From an uncultured Pseudomonadota bacterium (GTDB lineage Bacteria; Myxococcota_A; Polyangia; Fen-1088), in NCBI GenBank assembly GCA_963847705.1, contig CAWKBC010000027.1:864001-928000 (forward strand): a stretch of DNA of 64,000 nt, given 5' to 3'. Of this stretch, positions 11,601 through 19,713 are shown piece by piece. Position 1 is the first letter of the stretch. Each line of letters begins with the position of its first letter. Both the position numbers and the translations under genes were made by a program. The notes under the pieces were generated by a model that saw only the letters and a program-made list of their open reading frames with translations, was not told the origin of the DNA and did not search any database.

Positions 11601-13933
11601 GCCTGGGGCCGCTCGGCGATCCCGACGGGGCGCTCTCCGCCTTCCGCGACGCGGTCGAACGCGACGCCTCGCACGAGGCTTCGCATGCGGCGCTGGTGTC
11701 GCTGCTCGATCGCCCCGAGACCCAGGAGGGGGCGCTCGACGTCCTCGAGCCGCTGGCGGAGACGCGCGGCGACTACCAGGAGCTGGTGGCGCTCTACGGC
11801 CGGCGGGTCGAGCTGCGCGACGATCGCAACGAGCGGGCGCACTGGTTGCGGCGGATCGCCGACGTGGCCGCCGATCAGCTGGGCCAGCCCGAGCTCGCGC
11901 TGGAGGCCCTCGGACGGGCGCTCAAAGAAGAGCCGGCCCCTGGCGGCGCGCTCGATGATCTGGAGCGGATCGCCGGCGCCGCCAAGCTCCCCGGTGCGGG
12001 CGCCGAAAAGATCGAAGAGGCGCTGGCCGGAGCGGAGCCCGACGCCGCGCTGGAGTTGGCCCTGCGCGCCGCCGCCCTTTACCAGGAGGCCGGCGACCGC
12101 CAGGCCGCCGAGCGGCTCTATCTCCGGGTCCTCGAGCACGACGCGGAGAACGCCGAGGCGCTTTCGGCGCTCGAGGGGCTTTACCGGGCGGGGGCGACGC
12201 CTGCCGAGCTGGCCGCGGTGCTGGAGCGACGGTCGGCGGCCGAGCTCGATCCCCAGGTCCGGAAGTCCCGGCTGCTCGAGGCGGCGCGGCTTCACGAGGG
12301 GCTGGGGAACCTCCCCGCCGCCGTGGCGGCGTTGCAGCAATTGCGCGCCGCCGACGACGAGGATCTCGACGCCCTCCAGGAGCTGGGACGGCTTCACGAG
12401 ACGCTCGGCCAGGCGCCCGAGCTCACCGCGGTGCTCGCCGAGCGCGCGCGGCTGACCGAGGATCCGCGTCAGCGGGCGGCGCTCTGGTCACGCGTCGGCG
12501 AGCTGCGGCTCACGCTGCTCTCCGACCTCGACGGCGCGGCGGAGGCTTATCGTGAGGCGCTCGACGGCGCGCCCGACGACGTGCTGGCCCTCTCCGCGCT
12601 GGAGTCGATCGAGGATCGCCGGGGTGACTGGTCGACGCTGCAGGAGGTCTTGCTGCGCCGCCTCGGCAACTCCAGCGGCGCCGATCAGGGCGCGGTCTTG
12701 CTGAAGCTGGCGCGCAACGCCGAGCAGAAGCTCTCCGACGTCGATCAGGCGGTGGGGTTCCTGCGCCAGCTGCTCGACGCCGATCCGGGCAATGGCTTCG
12801 GCTACCTCGAGCTCGAGCGGATCTTGCGCGCCGCCGAGCGCTGGTACGATCTCGTCGACGTGCTCGGCAAGCACGCCGACACCGAGGCGGCGGCCGGGCG
12901 CAAGCCGTCGGAGCTGGCGTTGCGGGTGGCGATCGCCAACGTCTGGGAGAAGGACCTCGATTCGCCGGAGAGCGCGGCCGAGGCGCTGGAGAAGGTGCTG
13001 GAGGTGGCGCCGGACAACGTCGCCGCGCTGCTCTCGCTGGCCCGGGTGCACGAACGGAACGAGCGCTGGGACGACGCCAGCGAGGTGCTGGAGCGGGCGG
13101 CGGCGAACGCGCACGAACCGTCCGAGGTGGCGGAGATTCACTTCCGCAACGCCACCATCCTTCGCAGCAAAGAGGCGGAGCCGGCCGAGATCGAGGCGGC
13201 GCTGCTGCGCGCGGTCGACGCCGACGCGGGCCACCGCCCGACCCTGGAGGCGCTGGAGAAGCTGGCGCGAGAGGCCAAGGACGACGAGCGGCTGGCGAAC
13301 ATCCTCGACCTCCAGTTGCACACCGCGGCGGACGACGCGGAGCGGGGCCGCCTGCTGCGGGAGATCGCGGGGCTCTACAGCGGTCCCCTGGCGCAGCCGA
13401 CGGCGGCGCTCCCCTATCTCGAGCGGCTGGTGGCGCTCGATCCGACGGAGATCCCGGGGCGCGAGCAGCTGGCCGAGGCGCTGCTGGCCGCGGGGCGCAC
13501 CGAGCAGGCCACCCGCATCATCGCCGAGGTGATCGCCGAGCTGACCAAGGCGCGGCGCGGAAAAGAGACCGCGCGCTGGCAGACCCGGCTGGGGACGATT
13601 GCGGAGGCGCGCGGCGACTCCGCGGCGGCGTCCGCCAGCTTCGACGCCGCCTACAAGCTCGACCCGAGCCATCCCGCCACGATCGCCGCGCTGGGGCGGC
13701 TGGCCTACCGGCGCAGCGACTTCGAGGCCGCCCGCAAGTTCTACCGCTCGCTGCTGCTGCAGAACTTCGACGACAAGACAGCCGGCGTCTCGAAGTCGGA
13801 GGTTTATTTGATGCTCGGCCGCATGCACCTGCTGGCCAACGAGCCCGCCAAGGCGCGCAACATGTTCGAGCGCGGCCTGGAGATCGATCCCAAGAACATC
13901 GACCTGAAGGCCGCCATCGGCGGCCTCCGTTAG
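2699..13933 (+). CDS. Giant (~3,740 aa) tetratricopeptide-repeat protein, AgmK/GltI-like; contains three apparent +1 indels
   Basis: Dozens of TPR-like units (A..AY..VL..DP.D..AL.ALERLY....RW.DL). Between about 5319 and 6796 the TPR pattern leaves the long ORF and continues in the 5382..8261 frame, then returns. Confidence 0.85.
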   Translation: MSTTVSTALAALQLRPDDAQALQALKTVHPGNGAGIEADALSKALADARRWHREHADFELCLELIDLELGFTTGDARRADLLHEKGRLLSDELLRDEAGQAAVQQALEAVPNHKASAESLAQMTLVRANWEPISRRYLQQAEQAKDPALASSLHGSVAEFYLKYRPAGPEGEAHLRRSLELDAGNRRSAAHLERILRETGRRDELLALYRQRAERAQTREERTAAEILAGELCEQLGRGPEAFAHFRKALDANPYEPRALQAVRAAMTASGAWTDLAKVLEAAARTKRGEQDVALLTELALLFGNQLKQQDMAEPFFRRVRKLDPSNREMVEFYRAYHTARNEMPQLLAVLAQAQKTESDLDRRIAMGIEMARAAEQRAQNADKAIEIWKGLLRLRPHLPEAVASLRKLYTATEKWNALLELLKDDLDAVPAGDVDEKINRHLEIVAVYRDRLNLDVMVVTTYLNILSLKPDHPAALAALAARYEAQGRYGDLVQILARQAEAAAEPAARVALHRRIASLWADKLGKHQNAVASFEKIFEADPTDAETGARLKDLYTKARAWRPLIELLRKELPHSNAAGRRARLSEMARIAGERLNDTREAIALYNQVLAIEARDEGALAGLATLYERERRWPALVEILERQRQNAEGNAAAELALLERRGTLLYERMAASEAAIDVFKRIQALDPKNARAARALREIYAQAGDYTALEALYAEQGAFGELCDQLTSLADRTADMAARTRLLERVAALSQEKLNQPERALKAYERILATDPRNRKAALALVPLYRAAQKWPRLLATYEVLLGPAAAGDGVGMAERLELFAEARRISEQRLGSKALAFQWCARAFEAAPQNPDVRTDLERLAGEADEWGALAAPLRDPLRRLDRRRGADLAPAPGAAHLRHPALQAAGHPPRRRADPGRGRLRRGGRRRARDRSHPGQGLARAGQAAARPRRSCARRGRADQAAAAHRADRRRAGGRSGRRRRHLGGDPRRRARQRAGPPRAGARLRGASGLERRRRGAARRSRQPRGTGAGRLEGGGQGARGAAAADREPAGDAAQRRRRDLRLVPRGGPGQPLFSAGHRRSRAAGGGRPSRAGGDRPHDVAALRADRERRQAGRRQRGAALGGRHAGRAGRSAGEVAGALRRAAQRSGQGLPGQPGAVRDRSLRGVEPGGAAGVRCRRRRHRRAQRQAAGRGRHHGRSQPAPRPAGGRRRARGEAAGTGAGGGEGLRADPRLRADARRRLPRARAPLQGGRALAGAAGAPRHPPAGSARRARAAGSAGADRRARRGLARRPGPRARGVREDAGARSVRPARPPRARTALRGPRALERSRGAAGDAGRLRLGERSAGAGVPPRRSARRHGSTTSPGALDLLEGIVEAAPSHEGARRLLEKLLAVPAQRQRVAQILAPVYEKSGAWARLAAILEVQREVLESTEAAALLARVADLQENKLQARAVALTTWRQVLAADPENPDALPEIERLATTLERFSELVDVYQELAFRRDASDISGRADLLSRAAKLYAGRLNNRRAAIDAWKLVLNLDQNNLPTAVPAAAALEALYAETNDVANLVKTLQLQARWADGAERKKLLFRTAGLEEKSLGDIEAAVATLRTILEADPQDGTAIDTLDRIFEAGANHRQRVEILRKRIGLSGDASARQELWRSVASLLEKDVGDVDEAIAACVSILDENPEDDQALETLARLYEQQGRHRDRLEIVERRLALRPPKDPQRLLLLKQLANLLGGPLGDPTGALERWREVLEAAPEDAEALVALEHFLAPGTDAGLRLAAAQVLEPIYEKGGRYAALAAIVRIYVEAEADVRARLGELVRLAALEETQLGDTEGALQTTALAIRDALTEPELPALLDAYERLAGPQRLAEVTTLYRDISPDVLDEALKLRLDRTIAAAAAGQGDAVTAADYYRRILDRVPDDDGTLAALDTIYRGNGDAQALYEILLRRAELAKEPAIEGALRVQIGELAETKLERLDDAISAYERVVEIVPADRMAGPALDRLYTKAERWSDLIRLLGELLQRGRRPEKELVDLRFRLAQIEHDRRGDREAALEHLKLVLSDTPDHAGAIAMLEGMLDDVGVQGAAATLLEPVYAGRGDWKSLIKIGEIRLLQVEDPAERLGWTKRIARLYEEQLEDFDSALRWYGKVFQEAPTERQATEPLLRLADKLDRWQDAASLLASYLDNELNEEPAVLDIVRRTAEIFDLRLGERPEAQKYYRRLFDARPDDRATTQLYEAALERWGAWAELRELIDEQAGRAPDPTARVALLRRSAKLDEEKLDDANRAVGTLREALEVDPTDRKAASELERLLSQAGRWSDLADHLNSSLDREPLGADKDAATLRLAEILANRIGDTTSAVDRYAEILSRPAAPRDTAAAVSALEGMAKDADQRTRVAVILEPVYRRSGDLNKLVGALDAQLESADDRAERVRILGEMAEIHQRLGRLDLAFDCRSRAWLADVESMETLAAMESLGLGAKLHAPLVVALQRGAVEAVDPDLQAQLWAASAKLLESPLGRAAEAIEAWRAALAARPDEREIFLALERLLAGAGRPGELVEILERHLEFAVDGDERKVIAKRIAVLYEDALKESERAVRAWETVLEIDPNEAEALESLAQLHLAAGAYRELAEVYARKIEITDRADERRMLFMQSARIYEENLSDPDRAIEQLRALLVETPGDGEALTDLDRILTAEGRQTELVEVLDARAAGVQDPAARDELAFRAARLVETELGDVEGAIGRYAKILARAPQHPGARDALYTIARGDDYRLSAVAVLEPIERAGKAWDGVIELLELRLAVEDAVPARLALLAEIARIEETERRDVQMAFAAWARALTEDATVDEPREALERLAAAHRDWARLADVYAERMDATFDAGLQRTLAMRLASLYENELSDLNRAADHLRKAQSLPGDEEPVLAALERILGKLGEHDELAQVLAREAELANEPSAQADFLAALGTLRLGPLGDPDGALSAFRDAVERDASHEASHAALVSLLDRPETQEGALDVLEPLAETRGDYQELVALYGRRVELRDDRNERAHWLRRIADVAADQLGQPELALEALGRALKEEPAPGGALDDLERIAGAAKLPGAGAEKIEEALAGAEPDAALELALRAAALYQEAGDRQAAERLYLRVLEHDAENAEALSALEGLYRAGATPAELAAVLERRSAAELDPQVRKSRLLEAARLHEGLGNLPAAVAALQQLRAADDEDLDALQELGRLHETLGQAPELTAVLAERARLTEDPRQRAALWSRVGELRLTLLSDLDGAAEAYREALDGAPDDVLALSALESIEDRRGDWSTLQEVLLRRLGNSSGADQGAVLLKLARNAEQKLSDVDQAVGFLRQLLDADPGNGFGYLELERILRAAERWYDLVDVLGKHADTEAAAGRKPSELALRVAIANVWEKDLDSPESAAEALEKVLEVAPDNVAALLSLARVHERNERWDDASEVLERAAANAHEPSEVAEIHFRNATILRSKEAEPAEIEAALLRAVDADAGHRPTLEALEKLAREAKDDERLANILDLQLHTAADDAERGRLLREIAGLYSGPLAQPTAALPYLERLVALDPTEIPGREQLAEALLAAGRTEQATRIIAEVIAELTKARRGKETARWQTRLGTIAEARGDSAAASASFDAAYKLDPSHPATIAALGRLAYRRSDFEAARKFYRSLLLQNFDDKTAGVSKSEVYLMLGRMHLLANEPAKARNMFERGLEIDPKNIDLKAAIGGLR

Positions 13934-13963
13934 GGGCCCTTCGCGCCGCCTCTGACGGCGCGG

Positions 13964-14001
13964 CCCAGACGGCGAGCCGTCACCCCAGACGGCGAGCCGT
14001 C
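13964..14001. repeat. Two 18-bp direct repeats, each a mini-hairpin (GACGG-CGAG-CCGTC), between convergent genes
   Basis: cccagacggcgagccgtc at 13964-13981 and 13984-14001. Confidence 0.7.
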
Positions 14002-14021
14002 GGGCGCAGGCCTTCCGACGG

Positions 14022-16622
14022 CTACCTGGCGCAGCGTTTCTGAGCGCGCTCCGCGGCGCGTGCCAGCAAGGGATCGCCGGCCGCCCTCAGCGACCGCAGG
14101 GCCGCGCTCCCCGCGACCGGATCGCACAGCGCTCCGAGCGCCTCGGCCGCCTCCGCGCGAAACGGGTGACGCCGGTCGCCCGCCAGCGTGACCGCCGCGT
14201 TCACGGCGTCGGGGCCGCCGAGGTGGGCCAGCGCGCGCAACACCGCGACCGCCACCCCCTCCAGCGCCAGGTCGGCCTCGGACTCGCCGACGATCACGCG
14301 CAGGGCCGCCGCCATTTCGGGCGCCGCACCCTGGTCGCCTGATTGAGCCAGCAGGCCCGCGGAGAGCGCGCGGAGCGAGGCGTTCTCGTCGTGCTGCTTC
14401 AGCGTATGAAGGAAGACGGCGCGCGCCCGTGGATCTCGGCAGCGCGCCAGGCCGAGGAGGGCGGCCCGACGAACCTCGTCGACGTCACGCTCGGTCGCCC
14501 GGATCATGAGATCGGTCCCGCCCGCCACGCAGAGGCGCCCGAGCGCCTGCAGCTCGGCGCGCCGCACGAACGGCCAGGGCTCCTGCTTGGCGCCCGTGAT
14601 GAGCGCGCTGCCCGCCGTGGTGTCTCCCTGCTTCTCCAGACCCAGCGCGGCGGTCTCCCGCACGCGGGGATCCTGATCGTCGAGCGCCGCGCGCAGGGCA
14701 GGCCGCGGATCGGCGACCGGGCCGGCGTTCTTCAAATCGCCGAGCTCTCGCGTGGCCAGGTAACGCAGGACGGAATCGTCGGCGACGGCCGCCGGGGAGG
14801 CGAGTGCCTCCAGGCTCGCGTTCCCCTGGGCCCCCAGGGTCCCCAACGCGACGACGGCGCGCGCCCGCAGCTCGAACGGGCGGTCGGCGCCCAGCGCACC
14901 GCGCAGAGCCGCGACCGCGTCGGGGCGGCGCTCCGGCGTCCGTTTGACCGCCTCGGGCAGGACGCGCACCAGGTCGGCGGCCCGCGCCGCCGACTTCTCG
15001 TCGTTCTTGTCGTCGTTCTTGTTTTGGTTTTTGGGCGCCGCCGCGAACGCCGCCAGCACCGCCTCGGCGCGCACCCGATGCGCGCCGCTGGCGGCCTGCA
15101 CGACCGCCGCCCGCAAGCCCGGCGGCCCGGTGCCGACCGCCGCCAGCAGCGCCGCCGCCGCACCGTCGTCGTCGAAGGCGGCGAGGATGCGCGCCGCGCG
15201 CGACCGATCCTCGACGGAGGCCGAAGCGGAGGCCAGCAGCGCCGACAACCCCGCGACCGGCGGCACGGCAGCCCGTCCGAGCGCCGTCGCGATGAGCCTC
15301 TCCTCTTTGTCGCTGGCGCCGATCACCGCCGCGGCCAGCGCCTCGACGACGATCGGGTTCTTCGGCGCCGGTGCCAGCGTCGTCAGCGCCTCCACCAGGC
15401 ACTCCCGCGAGGGGCCCCTGGCCGTCAGCACCGCTTGCGCCGTCGGCAGCACCGCCGCCTCACCGAGCGCCACCACCAGCGGCAGGCGCGCCGCGCAGTC
15501 GGGCGCGCTCGCCAGATCGCTCACCAGGCGGTTGGCGCCGTCGGGGCCGTCGGCGTCGGTGAAGATCGCCAGCTCTCCGATCGCCGTCGTTCCGTAGTTC
15601 TTGGGCGGCGCCGCTTCACTGCCGGGCGTGACCCCGGTGATCACCACCGTCAGGCAGGACGAGGTCACCGGTTTCGGCAACGGCACCCAGTAAGGATCGC
15701 GCCAGTGCGCGGCGTCGCCAGCCGGGTCCTCGGGCAGCTCGACGTCGAAGCGCTGTCCGGGCGCCGGCCCGAGCGCGACCTGCAGCCGGTTGACGCGATT
15801 CTTCGCCCGGAACGCCTGCAGGCTGGCGCCGTCGCCCGGCAGGATCCGCAGGCCCCGAACGGGGTAGCCGGTGGCGGCGGCGCGCGCGGTCAGGAACTCA
15901 CCGCGGCCGTCGCCGCCGAGCCCCTCCGCCCAGGAGGTGGCGGGATTGCCATCGTCGAGCTCCAGCGGTGCGGTCAGGCCGCGCGCGTCGCTGCCAGCGC
16001 CCCGGGTGGTCGAGGCGGCCACGAAATGGAAGTCGGCGACCGGACGCCCCGCCGGCATGGCCGGATCGCCGCGGTGCCCGATCAACGTCTCGCTTCCCGG
16101 CGGCGGCAGCGACGAGACGATGGGCCGGAAGCGCCCGGAGGCGAAGTCGTACGCGCGCGGAAACAGCCGGGGCGGGATTCCGTCGCAGCGGTCGACCCCG
16201 GCCGCCGTCTGATACTCGACGACGCGTCCGGGGGTCGCCTCGATCCAGAGGAATGATTCGCCGTCGGCGTCGCGCGCGCCCGTCATGCCCGACCAGACGA
16301 TCCGGGTGGACCGCAGGGGACGCCCCGCCACCTCGCCGATCCAGACCTCCTCGGCCGAGGTGCCGCGCACGGGGACGCGCAGCTCGACCAGATGATGCCC
16401 CTCGACGGTCACCTCGCGAAGCGCCGGCGTCCCGCGCCGCAACGCCGGCGTCTTGAGCGGGAGTCGCGTCACGAGGTCGTCACCGCTGCGGATCTCGAGC
16501 GCGCCGTCCGGCGTGGGGTTCAATCGCAATCCACCGGCGGCCGGCGCCGCCTCCGCTTGGGCCAGAGGCGCGGCCAGGAGAGCGTAGGAGGCCACCACCG
16601 CCAGCGCAGAGAAAACGCGCAT
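14022..16622 (-). CDS. Secreted protein with a discoidin/NADase-type glycan-binding-like domain and C-terminal HEAT repeats
   Basis: Signal peptide MRVFSALAVVASYALLAAPLAQA from ATG 16622; LDDGNPATSWAEG..DGRGEFL...GLRILPG motif; HEAT-like units (ALDDQDPRVRETAALGL, EPWPFVRRAELQALG). Confidence 0.7.
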   Translation of the reverse strand: MRVFSALAVVASYALLAAPLAQAEAAPAAGGLRLNPTPDGALEIRSGDDLVTRLPLKTPALRRGTPALREVTVEGHHLVELRVPVRGTSAEEVWIGEVAGRPLRSTRIVWSGMTGARDADGESFLWIEATPGRVVEYQTAAGVDRCDGIPPRLFPRAYDFASGRFRPIVSSLPPPGSETLIGHRGDPAMPAGRPVADFHFVAASTTRGAGSDARGLTAPLELDDGNPATSWAEGLGGDGRGEFLTARAAATGYPVRGLRILPGDGASLQAFRAKNRVNRLQVALGPAPGQRFDVELPEDPAGDAAHWRDPYWVPLPKPVTSSCLTVVITGVTPGSEAAPPKNYGTTAIGELAIFTDADGPDGANRLVSDLASAPDCAARLPLVVALGEAAVLPTAQAVLTARGPSRECLVEALTTLAPAPKNPIVVEALAAAVIGASDKEERLIATALGRAAVPPVAGLSALLASASASVEDRSRAARILAAFDDDGAAAALLAAVGTGPPGLRAAVVQAASGAHRVRAEAVLAAFAAAPKNQNKNDDKNDEKSAARAADLVRVLPEAVKRTPERRPDAVAALRGALGADRPFELRARAVVALGTLGAQGNASLEALASPAAVADDSVLRYLATRELGDLKNAGPVADPRPALRAALDDQDPRVRETAALGLEKQGDTTAGSALITGAKQEPWPFVRRAELQALGRLCVAGGTDLMIRATERDVDEVRRAALLGLARCRDPRARAVFLHTLKQHDENASLRALSAGLLAQSGDQGAAPEMAAALRVIVGESEADLALEGVAVAVLRALAHLGGPDAVNAAVTLAGDRRHPFRAEAAEALGALCDPVAGSAALRSLRAAGDPLLARAAERAQKRCAR

Positions 16623-16663
16623 GTCTCGGGATAGCACGACATCTGCGTTATATAGAAGCCCCC

Positions 16664-17632
16664 ATGAAGACCGCCCCCGGCGAAAAGGCCGGCAAAGACT
16701 CAACCGCAGACGGCGGCACCCCCAGGGTCGCCGGCACCGGCGTCGCCACTGTCGCCGGCACCGTCGCCATCCTCGGCCGGCCCAACGTCGGCAAGTCGAC
16801 GCTGCTCAACCGGATCGTCGGCGAGAAGCTGGCCATCGTCACCCCCAAGCCGCAGACCACCCGCAACCGGATCACCGGCGTCTTCAACAGCGCGCGCGGT
16901 CAGATTGTCTTCGTCGACACCCCCGGCGTCCACGGCGCCACCAAGCAGCTCAACCGCTTCATGCTCGGCGAGGCGCTGGGGATCATCCCCGACATCGACG
17001 CCGCGCTGCTGATCGTCGACGCGGGGACCGACCGCCCGGGCGACGCCGAGGAGAAGATCCTGCGCGCGCTGGCCGAGGCCCGGCGCCCGGTCATCCTCGG
17101 CATCAACAAGGTCGACACGGTGAAGAACAAGGAGGCGCTCCTGCCGCGCCTGGAACGCTGGAATCAGCAGCCGGGGCTGCGCGCGCTGGTCCCGATCTCG
17201 GCCAGCCGCGGAACCAACGTCGACCGGCTGGTGAACGAGCTCTGGGCGCTCTTGCCAGAAGGACCGCCTCTCTTCGAACCGGAGCATCTGACCGATCGCA
17301 CGGAGCGCTTTCTGGCGGCCGAGCTCATCCGCGAGCAGTTCTTCCTCGCGCTCCGCCAGGAGGTCCCGTACGCCATCGCCATCGTCATCGACGAGTGGAA
17401 CGAGCGGCCGGCCGACGTGGTCATCGCCGCCAGCATCGTGGTCGAGCGCGAAAGCCAGCGGGCGATCGTGCTCGGCAAAGGGGGGACGATGATCCGCGAC
17501 GTCGGGACCCGCGCCCGCGTCGCCATCAGCGAGCTCTTGCAGCGCCCCGCCCACATCAAGCTGACGGTCCGCATCGAGCCCGACTGGACCACCTCGCCCG
17601 AGGCGATGGCGGAGCTTGGATACCAGAAGTGA
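16664..17632 (+). CDS. era: GTPase Era
   Basis: GRPNVGKSTLLN, KPQTTR, DTPG, NKVD and C-terminal KH domain (EVPY, IVLGKGG). Confidence 0.97.
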   Translation: MKTAPGEKAGKDSTADGGTPRVAGTGVATVAGTVAILGRPNVGKSTLLNRIVGEKLAIVTPKPQTTRNRITGVFNSARGQIVFVDTPGVHGATKQLNRFMLGEALGIIPDIDAALLIVDAGTDRPGDAEEKILRALAEARRPVILGINKVDTVKNKEALLPRLERWNQQPGLRALVPISASRGTNVDRLVNELWALLPEGPPLFEPEHLTDRTERFLAAELIREQFFLALRQEVPYAIAIVIDEWNERPADVVIAASIVVERESQRAIVLGKGGTMIRDVGTRARVAISELLQRPAHIKLTVRIEPDWTTSPEAMAELGYQK

Positions 17633-19062
17633 GCGACGCCGATCTTCCGCTCGTCGCGCTGGTGGGGCGGCCCAACGTCGGCAAATCGTCGCTCTACAAC
17701 CGCCTGGTCGGCGGCCGCCCGGCGCTGGTCGAGGACATCCCCGGCGTGACGCGCGATCGCCGCTACGGCGTCGCCGACTGGGGCCCGAAGCATTTTCGCG
17801 TGGTCGACACCGGCGGCCTCGATCCCTCGGCGGTGGGGATCCTGGGGGCGATGCGGCAGCAGACCTTGCGTGCCCTCGATGAGGCGGATCTGGTCGTCTT
17901 CGTGGTCGACGCGCGCGAGGGGGTGACCGGCGTCGACAGCGACGTGGCCAAGGTGCTGCGCCAGTCGGGCCGCCCGGTGCTGGTGGCCGCCAACAAGGTC
18001 GACTCCGCGCGCGCCGAGGCGGCCGCCACCGAGGCGTTCGGGCTGGGCTTCCCCGACGTCTTCCCCATCTCGGCCAGTCATGGACGCGGCGTCAACGATC
18101 TGCTCGACATGGTCGTCGCCCGACTGCCCAAGACCGCACGGGTGCCGGGCAAGCCCTCCGAGCAGGCCGACGGCTCGTCGGAGTCGACGGAGACGCCGCT
18201 GCTCAAGCTGGCCTTCATTGGCAAGCCGAACGTCGGCAAGTCGTCGCTGGTGAACTGTCTGCTCGGCGAGGAGCGGGTGCTGGTCCACGATCAGCCCGGC
18301 ACCACGCGCGATCCCATCGACACGCCGTTCTCGTTCGGCGGGCGCGAGTACCTGCTGGTCGACACCGCCGGGATGCGGCGGCGACGCTCCATCGACACGC
18401 TGACCGAGCACGTGGCGGCCAAGATGGCGCGCGATCAGCTCGATCGCTGCGACGTCGCCGCGCTGGTGATCGACGCGCGCGAGGGGGCGACGGCCGAGGA
18501 CGCGCGCCTCGCCAGCCTGATCGAGGACTCCGGCCGCTGCGCGCTGGTGGTGCTCAACAAGAAGGATCTGGTGGGGCGCGCCGCCATCGACGCCAAGATC
18601 GAATCGACCCGCGAGCAGCTGGCCTTCCTGCGCTACGCGCCGGTCCTGCTCACCTCCGCGGTCACGCGCGCCGGCGTCACCGCCATCCTGACCGAGGCCG
18701 CCAAGGCCTTCGACCAGGCCTCACGCCGCATCTCCACCGGCGAGCTCAACAAGCTGCTGGAGCAGATCGTCGCCCAGCAGCCGCCGCCGTCGGGGCGGGG
18801 AGGGCGCCACGTGAAGCTCTACTACGTCACGCAGGCCTCCGCGCGGCCGCCCACCTTCTTCCTCAGCACCAACCACCCGCCCGAGGTGGGCTTTCCGTAC
18901 CGCCGGTTCCTGATCAAACGCCTGCGCGAGGCTTACGGCTTCGAGGGGACCCCCATCCGCCTGGTCCTGCGCGCGCACCGGCAAAAGAAGACGGCGCCGC
19001 CGGGCGCCGTGGCGGCCGCGGCTAGAAGACCCACCCGAAGCGCGCAGTCGCGGAGAAAGTGA
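17629..19062 (+). CDS. der: Ribosome biogenesis GTPase Der (EngA)
   Basis: Two G domains (GRPNVGKSS..PGVTRDR..DTGG; GKPNVGKSS..PGTTRD..DTAG) and a KH-like tail (FEGTPIRL). The GTG start overlaps the era stop. Confidence 0.96.
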   Translation: MSDADLPLVALVGRPNVGKSSLYNRLVGGRPALVEDIPGVTRDRRYGVADWGPKHFRVVDTGGLDPSAVGILGAMRQQTLRALDEADLVVFVVDAREGVTGVDSDVAKVLRQSGRPVLVAANKVDSARAEAAATEAFGLGFPDVFPISASHGRGVNDLLDMVVARLPKTARVPGKPSEQADGSSESTETPLLKLAFIGKPNVGKSSLVNCLLGEERVLVHDQPGTTRDPIDTPFSFGGREYLLVDTAGMRRRRSIDTLTEHVAAKMARDQLDRCDVAALVIDAREGATAEDARLASLIEDSGRCALVVLNKKDLVGRAAIDAKIESTREQLAFLRYAPVLLTSAVTRAGVTAILTEAAKAFDQASRRISTGELNKLLEQIVAQQPPPSGRGGRHVKLYYVTQASARPPTFFLSTNHPPEVGFPYRRFLIKRLREAYGFEGTPIRLVLRAHRQKKTAPPGAVAAAARRPTRSAQSRRK

Positions 19063-19588
19063 ACGGCGAGTTTCCCAGCCCTTCCGGGTTCTGAAACAGA
19101 TCCTGCGGGCGATAGAGGTACTGGAAGCTGAGGCCCGCCCGCAGCTGCCGGGTCAGATAGTAGTCGCCGCCGAGACCCAGCTCTGAGGCGAACATCGTCA
19201 CCGGGGCCGCCAGGGGACCGCCGATCTCCGCGACGCCGAACTGGAGGGTGGCATACGGCACCAGGCGCAGGACGTCGATGGTGTACGTGACCCCCACCAG
19301 CGCCGCCTCCATGTGCTCGCTGCCGGCGGCGGTGCCGGCCTGCTTGTCCGCCGAGAGGGAGCGGGTCGACCCTTCGAGGGAACCGCGCAGGGCCCAGGCG
19401 TCGGTGAGCCCGTACTCGACGTCGGCGCCGCCGGCCACGCCCCAGGGGTCGCTCCCCACGTTCACCACCCCGATCCCGGCGCGCAGCGACAGCTGCCACT
19501 CGTTCGCCCCCGCGGCGCTGACCGGCGCCGCCCAAGACAGCAAGACCACCGAGACCCAGACCGCCACCAGGGCAACCGCCGGCTTCAC
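19022..19588 (-). CDS. Small outer-membrane beta-barrel protein
   Basis: Signal peptide, alternating amphipathic strands and a C-terminal aromatic beta-signal (ARFGWVF). Overlaps the der 3' end by 41 bp. Confidence 0.75.
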   Translation of the reverse strand: MKPAVALVAVWVSVVLLSWAAPVSAAGANEWQLSLRAGIGVVNVGSDPWGVAGGADVEYGLTDAWALRGSLEGSTRSLSADKQAGTAAGSEHMEAALVGVTYTIDVLRLVPYATLQFGVAEIGGPLAAPVTMFASELGLGGDYYLTRQLRAGLSFQYLYRPQDLFQNPEGLGNSPFTFSATARFGWVF

Positions 19589-19713
19589 GCCCGACGAATA
19601 TACATGCGATGTCGCAAAGTGGTCGGGCCTGGCTGGCTGCCGCCTGCGTCTCTCTTGCTTCCTTGGTCCGACCCATTTGACCGGCCGAGGAGGCTCTGTT
19701 ATCTCCCCCGGCA

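Noticed and set aside
7238-13828. Very long antisense ORFs (7238..10186, 10259..12397; also 39347..41998, 44435..46564, 47957..50461)
   Set aside because: Shadow frames expected opposite GC3-rich genes; no recognisable motifs.
16621-17628. 813-aa ORF suggesting a long N-terminal extension of Der
   Set aside because: The extension is an Arg-rich off-frame reading of era; der starts at GTG 17629.
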